64,000 nt of DNA, taken from positions 32,001 to 96,000 of the forward strand of contig JAGSHN010000031.1 in the NCBI GenBank assembly GCA_029855935.1, in the 5' to 3' direction. Below are positions 47,938 through 57,541 of the stretch, piece by piece (position 1 is the first letter of the stretch; each line of letters starts with the position of its first letter). A program made the position numbers and the translations under genes. The notes beneath the pieces are model-generated. The model saw only the letters and a list, made by a program, of their open reading frames with translations. It searched no databases and was not told the DNA's origin. The stretch comes from Candidatus Thorarchaeota archaeon. GTDB taxonomy: Archaea > Asgardarchaeota > Thorarchaeia > Thorarchaeales > Thorarchaeaceae.

Positions 47938-48678
47938 CTAGCTCTGGCCGCCAGACCTCAAGAACGGGGTACCTGAAAGAGCCTTGAACAAGGCCAGACC
48001 AACGACCACAATGAGGATTGTGGCGACTATTCTCTCCACTGGATACACGAGCAGGACAATATTGTAGGAGGTTGCCACAGACTCGGGAGAGACTCCCAGA
48101 GAGACAAAGTAGTAGGCCGCGATCGCCGAGCCGACAATGTGGTCCGTCATGACTGACAGGAATGACGTAATTCCGAGGAAAAGGGTGAGCTGGGTCGGCG
48201 AACTTGTGTCAAGGCCCCTCTCCACCACAGATGCCACGCCGGGAATCAGCATCACAAGCGCAATAGGAAGTGCAATAAGATGAAGCCACAGATAGAGCGG
48301 CGCATAGGGAGCAATGGGGCTCGCCACGTAGGCCACAACAGCGATGGGATATACGATTCCCACCACCTGGCCCTTGCCGGTGCGCAGGCAGCCAGCAGCC
48401 AAGGCGCCTGCCGCCGTGGCGATGGGAGTGTACGGACCCAAGACGCCCGCCGGGGGATTGAGAACAATTCCAACGTAGGAGCCGATGAGGACGGCGATAG
48501 GGCCGTAGATCGGCCCTAGGAGCAGCCCAATCAGCGATGCTGAGAGAAGGCCCACTGAGATGAAGCCATTCCCACCGACAGCAATCGAGAAAGGAATGAT
48601 TGTTGCCACCGTGTGGAATGCTGCGAAGATTCCTACAAAGGACCAAGCGTGGGTAAGGGAAGGTATCTCTAGAGACAT
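47938..48678 (-). CDS. ECF transporter S-component-like membrane protein
   Basis: IGLLLGP..G motif, multi-TM, YPVER. Confidence 0.65.
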   Translation of the reverse strand: MSLEIPSLTHAWSFVGIFAAFHTVATIIPFSIAVGGNGFISVGLLSASLIGLLLGPIYGPIAVLIGSYVGIVLNPPAGVLGPYTPIATAAGALAAGCLRTGKGQVVGIVYPIAVVAYVASPIAPYAPLYLWLHLIALPIALVMLIPGVASVVERGLDTSSPTQLTLFLGITSFLSVMTDHIVGSAIAAYYFVSLGVSPESVATSYNIVLLVYPVERIVATILIVVVGLALFKALSGTPFLRSGGQS

Positions 48679-48881
48679 TTCAGTCGCCTTGCGGGTTTCT
48701 CTGACTTCCCGCCTGAGAACCTCTATATTAAACGTACGGACCGAGAATAGCGATAGCCCCCAGCTGTCGCAATCACACCGCACCGTAGTCGTGGGCAGCA
48801 CATCCCGGCAACAAAACCCTGGTGAAGGGCGCCATGAACGAACGTGCACGGGCACAATGGGGAAACCGTCGCCGCGGAGAA

Positions 48882-49820
48882 CTAGCTGCTCGACGACGCC
48901 ACGACCCAGAAGAAGAGAAAGCCAAGAATCCAGACAAAAAGTCCTGCTCCAAGGACGACACCGAGTGCAGCACCCATCCCCGATGACCCCAGATTCACGT
49001 GGGCATTAGTGAACTGCTTGAATCCGCCGACGTACTTCGTCTCGTAGCCGCAGTGAAACTCCTTGTCTGTGATGGCACCACATATCTCGCAGACATAGCG
49101 ATTCTGAAACACAGCGCCAATCAGGCTGTCGAGATTGCAGCCGATGAAGGCGGTGAGAACAGACAACGGAAATATCAGGAGAATCTCTGCTGACGATGTG
49201 ACGGGGACAAGACCGGGTGTAAAGAGAGCATAGAGCGAAACAATCGTGCCGATTGCCGCTCCGGCAAAGAGTGCAACGCCTTCTCCGAGGAGAGAAACAG
49301 CCCCAATGGTCCCAGCGGGAACCTTGCGGCGGAGATTGGTGATCAGTCGGGGCTTTCGCTTGCTGAAGACGCCAATCTCGCTTGCCAGTGTGTCCGCGCT
49401 TGTCGTGGCCACCGAGCCTATGAACCCGCCGAACATCCAGAATGCAAGAGAGGGACTGACTGCACCAACTTCAGCAAGACGCTGTGACACAAAGATGCCA
49501 ATGGAGAACATCATAGGAATTATGCCACTGCCAAAGACATTCTTCCATGAACGTTTGCCCTTGGCCTCTTGGGCCACATTCTTTCTCATCTTGGCCCTGT
49601 ACTTGTACTTCGTTGCAATGCCAGAGCTGATGAAGAAGAAGAGAAGGACTGTGAACGCCGCGACACCACCGGTGTACCACACTGTGAATCCAACGAAGAA
49701 GGCACTGATGAGTCCCGATATGTCTACGAATCCTAGTCTGTAGCTCAGGGCCCCTAGAAAGGCCATCACTATCAGACCGGATATGACCGAGCTTGACAGG
49801 AACTCTATCACACCTCTCAC
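48882..49820 (-). CDS. DUF92 (TMEM19-like) membrane protein
   Basis: ADTLASEIG, GTIGAVS..G, DSLIGA..Q. Confidence 0.85.
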   Translation of the reverse strand: MRGVIEFLSSSVISGLIVMAFLGALSYRLGFVDISGLISAFFVGFTVWYTGGVAAFTVLLFFFISSGIATKYKYRAKMRKNVAQEAKGKRSWKNVFGSGIIPMMFSIGIFVSQRLAEVGAVSPSLAFWMFGGFIGSVATTSADTLASEIGVFSKRKPRLITNLRRKVPAGTIGAVSLLGEGVALFAGAAIGTIVSLYALFTPGLVPVTSSAEILLIFPLSVLTAFIGCNLDSLIGAVFQNRYVCEICGAITDKEFHCGYETKYVGGFKQFTNAHVNLGSSGMGAALGVVLGAGLFVWILGFLFFWVVASSSS

Positions 49821-50012
49821 CTCGTTGTCTTCGCATCACCGAGAGTCAGCGTCAACGGCAGTGTTCTATGAGTATATATCAGTTGATAGCAGTATTCTCA
49901 CATTACCAAGAGGCGGCGTATTGGTGGCATTTAAGCCTTTGCCACCGACTTCTGCAGTTGCCGAAGCCGAGTTCGATATAGTACAGAGTCGACGCCCATT
50001 CCCGGTGTCAAG

Positions 50013-52139
50013 TCACGTGGCCTCGGATGGGACGACGAGAAACGACCGGGAGTCCGTTGAAGCAACAATCCGCCCCCGACTATCGAGTATGACAAGGCGA
50101 AGAACACATCTCTCAGATGTCCGGATGCTCTCTCTACTGACCACGAGGGGAGGAAAGTCATCAGAGGTGAAGGTCAGGCTCTCTGAGTCGGAGGGGTATA
50201 GGATGCCCTCGGTCCCCGCGAGAGGCTGATCCCGAGATGAGGACAGAAGTTCCACCCTACAGGGGGCGGACTGTATCGATGCGCCACCAGTGTCGATCTT
50301 CCCGCGAAACAAGACCGGCGTCTTGCCACGCACATAGGAAACGGTGGCGAGGGGCTCAATGAAGAGGCGAGGAATGGACGTGGAGAAACCAGCCCTGAGT
50401 TGAGTCACTCCCTCACCCATTCGTGCAGTCACGCTGACCGAGTACTCTTGCGGCTCAACGGCAGTATCAAAGGCCGTCGGCTCTACGATGGTCTGACGAG
50501 GGGCGAGGCTAAGAGGACCGACAGAATGCTTCTTGACAATCAAACCCCTTGCATCGGTCACTAAGCAGACAAGTGATGAGACCGTGATCTCGTGGGCCGT
50601 CGTGTTGCGAAGCAATATCGACAGGCGGGCTGTTGTCCCGGCAATCACGTGGTCTGCACTGAGGAGAAGTCTCAGTTCGAGACCTTGATGCCAGCGCAAC
50701 CAAGTGGGTAGCATGGGCGCGCCGCCAACAGGATCGCTGGCCCATTCTCCTATCCAGTCTTGTGCCGTCTTGGCCAAAGAGCGAATCAGAGAGTCCACAT
50801 CCAGTCCGGACCGCGCGTAGAACGTTAGGACAAGGTCTGCGGGCGTCGTCCGTGAATGCCAGAGCTCGCTCCCAAACACGGATACGAGGACTGGTCTCAG
50901 AAGGGGGCTCTGCAGCACTCCCATCTGGTCCAGCTCTTCACCAATGAGATAAAGTAGAGATGTGAGGGCGTCGCCGAGCGTTCGATGGGCGAGTACGTGA
51001 CCTGTCCCGTTATCGTTGACGTTGGGATCTCTTGTCGGTCCCTGATTGTAGAGAGCAGCCATCAGGGGGTCTTCGTCGATCGTGGCAGGTGCGAACGGTC
51101 CGTTCAGACCCGCCAATATCGCGCTCGTGCAGTTCGTGATAAGAGAAGCAGTGTCGACACACGGGACCTCAGACCCTGCCACGAGCGATCCAAATGCCCT
51201 CACAGCAAGTCCCTGAAGCAGTGCCGCGATGGCCACAGTCCGTGTGACTGATAGTTGAAGGTCAAAGACCTGAACTCTGACACCCCCGCCCTGGCGCTCA
51301 AGCACTATGCAGGCGCCCTTATCGCTTGGAGAGACCGATGATGCTGAACCCATGTCATCTCTAGTCAGCGGCGGTACAACGGGAAATCGTCCGCCGCTAT
51401 CAAGGCTATACTGATGATATAGTCGCAGCGAACGCACGCAACCCTCTGCCTGCAGCTCGGTATCAGGACCCAGGCTGACATCACAAGTGGGACGAGAGGC
51501 CACTATAGGCGAGTTGACGGAGAGGGCAATGAGGTGAGGAAGAAAATCGCGGAAGATGTTGTATACTGCCCTCCGTGTCAGCTGGTCGGCGTGAGGACCA
51601 AGCACTATGTGACGCTCTCCGAAGGACAACCGTTGGTCGTGTGACATCACGGGATTGAGGCCCAGCGGGAGAAGCACCACATCCACGGTATGTTTGAATG
51701 CCTCCCATACGCTGCGGAGGAGGGCACGTAACCACCAGTCAAGCTCGTTGAATGAGGAACAGGTGGGAGTTGAGATGATTGGATGTGCAGGACCGTCGGG
51801 GGACGACCCAATCTCACATTCAAAGATGCCATAGGATGCCACGCTCCCGTCAGGAAGAGCATAGCGGACACGTCCTGTGATTCGAGGTCTGACTGAGCTC
51901 GGCGAGAGCACCGTTGCTGTACGGAATCGACTCCTGACAGACTTCAAGGATGATGTCCTGGCCGCCTCACCAATGAGGGACGCGAGGGTGTTGGCCAGTG
52001 ATGGGACAGCGGGCAGTATCTCCCCGATTGTGAGCGGCGTGCCATCGGCGTGGGTGATCTGAGGCTCAATCTCAATCCTGTGGGGAAATGGCAGCCCAAT
52101 CTCCCCACGGCCTTCGGTCGGCGGAGTTCCAGCGCTCAA
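50013..52139 (-). CDS. Degenerate glutamate-cysteine-ligase (GCS2)-fold protein with C-terminal Ig-like domains
   Basis: IEIEPQ, STPTC, LPHLIALSVNSP; several catalytic motifs altered. Confidence 0.6.
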   Translation of the reverse strand: MSAGTPPTEGRGEIGLPFPHRIEIEPQITHADGTPLTIGEILPAVPSLANTLASLIGEAARTSSLKSVRSRFRTATVLSPSSVRPRITGRVRYALPDGSVASYGIFECEIGSSPDGPAHPIISTPTCSSFNELDWWLRALLRSVWEAFKHTVDVVLLPLGLNPVMSHDQRLSFGERHIVLGPHADQLTRRAVYNIFRDFLPHLIALSVNSPIVASRPTCDVSLGPDTELQAEGCVRSLRLYHQYSLDSGGRFPVVPPLTRDDMGSASSVSPSDKGACIVLERQGGGVRVQVFDLQLSVTRTVAIAALLQGLAVRAFGSLVAGSEVPCVDTASLITNCTSAILAGLNGPFAPATIDEDPLMAALYNQGPTRDPNVNDNGTGHVLAHRTLGDALTSLLYLIGEELDQMGVLQSPLLRPVLVSVFGSELWHSRTTPADLVLTFYARSGLDVDSLIRSLAKTAQDWIGEWASDPVGGAPMLPTWLRWHQGLELRLLLSADHVIAGTTARLSILLRNTTAHEITVSSLVCLVTDARGLIVKKHSVGPLSLAPRQTIVEPTAFDTAVEPQEYSVSVTARMGEGVTQLRAGFSTSIPRLFIEPLATVSYVRGKTPVLFRGKIDTGGASIQSAPCRVELLSSSRDQPLAGTEGILYPSDSESLTFTSDDFPPLVVSRESIRTSERCVLRLVILDSRGRIVASTDSRSFLVVPSEAT

Positions 52140-52297
52140 TCACAGTGCCCCCGTCATCTACGTGGCACGTGGCCCGTACAAGAGGTCCGTCACGAGGCGG
52201 ACAGACAGCAGATGATGGCCACTCGTTGTCACATCACTCTATGGGAGTCCACTGAGTACGGGACCGACCTTTATTATCTTTGCTCGCACGGGGGATG

Positions 52298-52726
52298 CTA
52301 CTCGCTGGCAACGAGCCCGAAGACCTCCTTCACCTTCTCACTGATCTCCCGAAGACGATACCACACGGAGTCGCGGCCCCTTCTCTCAGCAAGCATGACG
52401 AAGAGTATCTGATAGTCAAACTCTGTGATGTCCTTGAGTAGGACTAGAGCTCGGTCATCTATGAAGTGGCTTCGATTGACACGACCGTCACGGAACCTGA
52501 TGGCTAGGGGACGCAGAGCCTTCTCCGCCCGGTCGAGCTTCCTGATTGCCTCACGGAAATTCTTGTCAGGATCGCCCATAGCGTAGCCGCCGACAAGGGG
52601 GGTCATTCCTGCGCCGAGCGAGCCTCGCCCAATCTCGTCTAGAACATCCATCGTTTCCTGAAAGTATGCGTACGCGTCAGAGAGACACTTCTTTATTCCG
52701 TACAGGACACGCGCACGGTCTGTCAT
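52298..52726 (-). CDS. Hypothetical helical protein
   Basis: 142-aa ORF with protein-like composition. Confidence 0.65.
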   Translation of the reverse strand: MTDRARVLYGIKKCLSDAYAYFQETMDVLDEIGRGSLGAGMTPLVGGYAMGDPDKNFREAIRKLDRAEKALRPLAIRFRDGRVNRSHFIDDRALVLLKDITEFDYQILFVMLAERRGRDSVWYRLREISEKVKEVFGLVASE

Positions 52727-52834
52727 TGAAGACCCCCGGGCAAGACTGTGAGAGGGAGAAAGACAGCAGAACTGAAGAGGGGCGGGTCAGATGACCGCGC
52801 CCTGCTCATCAGTACTTTACTCTCGTCGACGCAC

Positions 52835-53899
52835 CTAGAGCTCCATCTCACCCAGCTCACCAGCAAAGTGGCAAGCGACGTGATGACCGTTGCCCATATC
52901 GCGTTCAACGGGTATCTCTCTGGTGCAGATCTCCTGCGCGTATGGACAACGCGGGTGAAACCTGCAACCACGTGGGACATTGATTGGGCTCGGGGGCTCG
53001 CCCTTCAGCGACTCGACACGACGCTTGACTGTCGGATCTCCAGACGGGACTGCAGAGATCAGAGCGCGCGTGTAAGGATGCTGGGGGTTGAAGGCGACCT
53101 CGTGAGATGGGCCAATCTCCATTATCTTGCCAAGATACATGATACCGATTCTGTCTGCGATATAGGTTGCGACAGCAAGGTCATGTGTGATGAACAGATA
53201 CGTCAGACCAAGCTCCTCGCGCAGCTTGAGCAGCAGGTTCAATATCTCGGCACGGATTGAAACGTCTAGCATCGACACCGGCTCGTCGGCGACCATGAAC
53301 TCCGGGTGGAGAATGAGCGCGCGTGCGATGGATATGCGCTGGCGCTGCCCGCCTGACAGCTCATGCGGATATCTGTCAATGTAGTCCTCTGCGGGAGTGA
53401 GAGCGACACTCTCAAGCGCCTCAAGGACACGCTCCCTGCGCTGACTGGGAGTGAGCTGAATCTTGTGGACAGTGAGTGGCTCGGACACGATGCTGTAGAT
53501 GCTCTGCTTGGGGTTGAGAGACTCGTATGGATCTTGGAAGGTGATCTGCATTCGCTTCCGCAGTTCCTTCATCTCATTGCGGTCAAGAGTACCGAGATCG
53601 ATTCCTGCATATATCACCTCACCATCGGTCGGGGGCTCAAGGTACAGAATGCACCGTCCAGTCGTTGTCTTGCCGCAGCCGGACTCTCCTGCGAGAACGA
53701 GAATCTCTCCCTTCTTGATGTCAAAGCTCACCCCGTCGACTGCCTTCACGTACAGCTCCTGTTTGTAGAGCAATGACGAGAGAAACCCTGTGTTGACAGG
53801 GAACCATTTCCTTAGATTCCGCACTTGGATGAGAGTCTCGCCTGGGGCTACCTCCTGGGCCTCCGTGAGATACCTGCTAGTCTGTGGAATTGCCATCAT
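52835..53899 (-). CDS. dppF: Peptide ABC ATPase DppF
   Basis: GESGCGKT, LSGGQRQR, HPYT, GCRFHPRC. Confidence 0.95.
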   Translation of the reverse strand: MMAIPQTSRYLTEAQEVAPGETLIQVRNLRKWFPVNTGFLSSLLYKQELYVKAVDGVSFDIKKGEILVLAGESGCGKTTTGRCILYLEPPTDGEVIYAGIDLGTLDRNEMKELRKRMQITFQDPYESLNPKQSIYSIVSEPLTVHKIQLTPSQRRERVLEALESVALTPAEDYIDRYPHELSGGQRQRISIARALILHPEFMVADEPVSMLDVSIRAEILNLLLKLREELGLTYLFITHDLAVATYIADRIGIMYLGKIMEIGPSHEVAFNPQHPYTRALISAVPSGDPTVKRRVESLKGEPPSPINVPRGCRFHPRCPYAQEICTREIPVERDMGNGHHVACHFAGELGEMEL

Positions 53900-53902
53900 C
53901 CA

Positions 53903-54892
53903 TCACTCCAACTCTACCTTCAGCTTGCCCTTCAGCTCCTCAGCGAAGTGACAGGCCACCCATCTGCCGGGTTCAATCTCCTCGAAAGCCGGCTCTTCTC
54001 TCTTGCATATGTCCTGAGCGTACGGACAACGCGGATGGAACCTGCAGCCGGGCGGTGGGTCAATCAGATCTGGCGGAGAACCCGGGATGGACGTGAGAGT
54101 CTTCTTCTCAGCCTTTACCATACTTGGAATTGCTCCCACCAGTCCGGTCGCGTACGGATGCACCGGCTCCTTGAACACCGACACCACGTCGGCCAGCTCT
54201 GCAATTCGACCGGCGTACATGACCGCGACCTTGTCACACGTTTCAGCAATGACGCTCAGGTCGTGCGTGATGAGAATCAGTGAGAGGCCGAGGTCCTTCT
54301 GAAGCTTCTGCATCAGCTTCAGGATCTGGGCCTGAATAGTCACGTCGAGCGCTGTCGTCGGCTCGTCGGCAATCACGAGGTCCGGATTGCACGCGAGGGC
54401 CATAGCAATCATTGCGCGCTGACGCATCCCACCGCTGAACTCGTGTGGGTAGTTGTGGATCCGGCCAGGGTCGAGTCCGACCATCTCGAAGAGCCGTGCC
54501 ACTCTGTCCAGGGCCTCTTCCTCAGTCACGTTCTCGTGCATCAGAATGGCCTCAGCAATCTGTTCCCCAATCTCGAAGACAGGGTTCAGTGCGTTCATCG
54601 CGCCCTGGAAGACTATGGCCACGTTCTTCCATCGGATGTCACGCATCTCGCGCGGAGTCTTTCGCAGCAGGTCTTCGCCCTTGAAGTAGATGTTACCACC
54701 GACAATGTTTGCAGCCGGCGGAAGAAGCTGCATTATGGAATAGGCAAGAGATGACTTTCCGCAGCCTGATTCACCTGCCAGTCCTATGGACTCTCCCGCC
54801 TCCAGCTGAAGCGAAACGTTGTCCACAGCCTTGACAAGTCCGCGCTTGGTTGAATAGTACATTCTTAGGTTCCTTATATCAAGCAGAGGCAT
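53903..54892 (-). CDS. dppD: Peptide ABC ATPase DppD
   Basis: GESGCGKS, FSGGMRQR, DEPTTALDVT. Confidence 0.95.
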   Translation of the reverse strand: MPLLDIRNLRMYYSTKRGLVKAVDNVSLQLEAGESIGLAGESGCGKSSLAYSIMQLLPPAANIVGGNIYFKGEDLLRKTPREMRDIRWKNVAIVFQGAMNALNPVFEIGEQIAEAILMHENVTEEEALDRVARLFEMVGLDPGRIHNYPHEFSGGMRQRAMIAMALACNPDLVIADEPTTALDVTIQAQILKLMQKLQKDLGLSLILITHDLSVIAETCDKVAVMYAGRIAELADVVSVFKEPVHPYATGLVGAIPSMVKAEKKTLTSIPGSPPDLIDPPPGCRFHPRCPYAQDICKREEPAFEEIEPGRWVACHFAEELKGKLKVELE

Positions 54893-55085
54893 CTTCTCAA
54901 TCTCCGCCGGAGCTCTATAGCAATGGTAGGGTGTCTTGTCTGTCTGCACCCATTGCGTGGGGTGCTTCTCGGTCGGCTTAAATATATTCCCTTTGACGAC
55001 CTCGGCTTTGCACTCGGTTCACAGTTGCAACGTACAGCTGTCGAAATGCGTAAAAGTAGGAATGGCGAGGATGGCGTGAAGCCTG

Positions 55086-55400
55086 ATGACGATAAGGTCA
55101 TTTCCAAAGACGCGCAACGAGCCCCGCAAGAGAATACTTCTCATACCTGTGGTCCTCATTCTTGGAGGCTATGTACTCACTCTTCTTCATCCGGTGTTGG
55201 GAACAGGCTTCATCGGCATTCTGCTCGCATTGACGGGGGTGCTCTCGGTCTTTCTCGTGGGGATGGTCTTTGCTGACATCTGGGTGTCCGCACGGCGGAC
55301 CAGACAGATGATTGAGAGAAGACAGAGAGAGCTCGCCGACGATAGTGATGTGTCGGATGAGGACATTCCCGATCCTTTCCAAGACGAGATGGGCGACTGA
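55086..55400 (+). CDS. Two-TM hypothetical protein
   Basis: Hydropathy, acidic tail. Confidence 0.6.
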   Translation: MTIRSFPKTRNEPRKRILLIPVVLILGGYVLTLLHPVLGTGFIGILLALTGVLSVFLVGMVFADIWVSARRTRQMIERRQRELADDSDVSDEDIPDPFQDEMGD

Positions 55401-55671
55401 GCTCTCGGTATGGTGTCACCCGACAATGGCTGTGTGAACAGAGCCTTGCTCCCCAAACAACAACAGAGAGTAGGCAGTCATTGTGCTGTTACCGTCAGTG
55501 CATACAATGTCTGTGTGTCGTCCGGTGGCGAGATGTCGCAAGATGTTACTCAAAGGGGATGAGCGCAGACCGAACTGCTTTTTAGGGGAATTTGTCGGAG
55601 CTAGCGCGTTCAGAACTAGTACAAAAGGAACGACGTCTATCTGAACTGTCGGTCCCTACGGAGGTCAGTCC

Positions 55672-57276
55672 TTGTCCATCAAGAAAGGCAGCTGGAAAGA
55701 CAGTAACTGGTACGTGAGCCTGACCGGATTCTGGAGAGAGTACAAGAAACACAGGATAGGTGTCCTTGGACTGCTTGTGATCGTGATGTTCTTTGGAATG
55801 GCAATTGGTGCACCACTCTTGGCCACGCACAACCCCTCGCCCGGAGTGAAGGTGGCACCACCGTTCCTCGCTCCCGCATGGGTGCAGGTCTTTGACTCGG
55901 GCGCCATAAGGAACGGAGAGTATCTGCCTGACCCGAATCTTGACAGAGGAACAACAACCAGTCATTTGCAGATATATGGAAGCGACACGTACGGGAATGA
56001 GTCATCGTTCTCGGGATACTATCACCAGGCCACAAGCGCTGACGACCTCAACTATATGGCGTTGCAATGGAACCATCATGCTGGTGACAGGCCGAGCTTC
56101 AGGTTTCCGTGGCCCTCCGAGAGCGAAACAGAGATGCCTATGACAGAAGACTTTGTCTACTTCACGCAGACTCTCGACTGGCCATACGAGCGGATGCCGA
56201 AGGATGTCAATGTGTCCTTTGCCTTCTCCACCCATTTCACTGGCGACTTCGCCACGCACGAGGAGGCTGGCCTGATGTTCAAGGTCTACGTCTGGCTCAT
56301 CGACTCCTCGGGCAACTGGAAAATGATCTACAAGACCTCGCCACCCTACTATGACTATCCCATCACACGAGTCGCAGACCTTAACTGGTTCGACATCGTG
56401 GCAGGCTGGAGAGGAATGGTGAAGAACAGCACCAGTGGGACCCAGGAGGATCCAGAAGACAAACTGACGCTCGCTGTGGGCCTCGCCCCGTACAAGAACT
56501 TCTTCTACTACAATGGGCATTGGGTCTACCGCGAGTGGTCGGGTAGCGTGGAGGTGAGAGTTTCCCGCCTCTCAGTCTACGTCTACGGCGGATACTTTGG
56601 ATACCTTGGCACAACGGACAAGGGCGGTGACGCATACTCCCAACTCATCTACGGTTCCAGAGTGTCACTGACGATTGGACTACTTGCAACAGCACTCTCC
56701 ACTGCTGTCGGTGTCATAGTCGGCATGGTCGCAGGATACTTCGGCGGAAAGACCGATGAGATACTGATGCGAATCGTTGACTTTCTGCTCGTCATCCCGG
56801 GACTGCCGCTTATGATGGTGCTCGCGGCGTTCCTCGGACCAACCATTGAGAACATCATCGTCGTCATAGCGATACTTGGATGGACCAGTACGTCACGGCT
56901 GATACGATCTCAGGTGCTCGCTGAGAAAAACAAGGCATACGTGGAGTCCGCGCGTGCCATCGGTGCCTCAGACACCTACATCATATTCAGGCACATCCTC
57001 CCCAACGTGACGCCCATTCTGTTTGCAAACATCACGCTGGGCGTCGTAGGCGCAATCCTCTCAGAGGCTGGCCTCTCCTTCCTCGGACTGACTGATCCGA
57101 ATGTTCCGAGTTGGGGACGCATGCTCGCCGATGCGAGAGCATCTGGTGGCTTCAGCAACGGTGCGTGGTGGGTGGTCGTCTTCCCGGGACTGATGATCAC
57201 TCTCCTGTCGCTGGCCTTCACGTTCGTTGGTCACACACTCGACCAGGTGCTGAATCCACGACTCAGAGAGCGATAG
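55672..57276 (+). CDS. dppC: Peptide ABC permease DppC with large extracellular insertion (copy 2)
   Basis: Paralogue of 37382..39001. Confidence 0.9.
   Translation: MSIKKGSWKDSNWYVSLTGFWREYKKHRIGVLGLLVIVMFFGMAIGAPLLATHNPSPGVKVAPPFLAPAWVQVFDSGAIRNGEYLPDPNLDRGTTTSHLQIYGSDTYGNESSFSGYYHQATSADDLNYMALQWNHHAGDRPSFRFPWPSESETEMPMTEDFVYFTQTLDWPYERMPKDVNVSFAFSTHFTGDFATHEEAGLMFKVYVWLIDSSGNWKMIYKTSPPYYDYPITRVADLNWFDIVAGWRGMVKNSTSGTQEDPEDKLTLAVGLAPYKNFFYYNGHWVYREWSGSVEVRVSRLSVYVYGGYFGYLGTTDKGGDAYSQLIYGSRVSLTIGLLATALSTAVGVIVGMVAGYFGGKTDEILMRIVDFLLVIPGLPLMMVLAAFLGPTIENIIVVIAILGWTSTSRLIRSQVLAEKNKAYVESARAIGASDTYIIFRHILPNVTPILFANITLGVVGAILSEAGLSFLGLTDPNVPSWGRMLADARASGGFSNGAWWVVVFPGLMITLLSLAFTFVGHTLDQVLNPRLRER
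56754..57254 (+). repeat. ~500-bp mosaic near-identical inverted repeat, copy 2
   Basis: Matches the reverse complement of 37404..37904. Confidence 0.9.
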
Positions 57277-57541
57277 GCGCGGACAGTGTGACGGAGCGGG
57301 ACTCGCGAGGTCCTGCCTCCATCCCTCCTTTTTCTTCTCGTTCCTCTCACGCCAATCAGGTATCCACGACGCCTGACCACGGTGTAGAGATGGCCACTCC
57401 CGACCGAGCCGGCTCCTAGATGCGGAGTGAGCACTACGTATGGCCAACTGATTTAAGTATCAAGAAGCTACGCCTACAATAGACAGGATAGGTGCACGAC
57501 CCCTGGTCGACCATTCTATCAGCACGTCGGAGAGAGTATCT

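Noticed and set aside
57300-57350. CU-rich tract resembling the sRNA loops
   Set aside because: Directly downstream of the dppC stop with no own TATA or enclosing stem; most likely an archaeal terminator.
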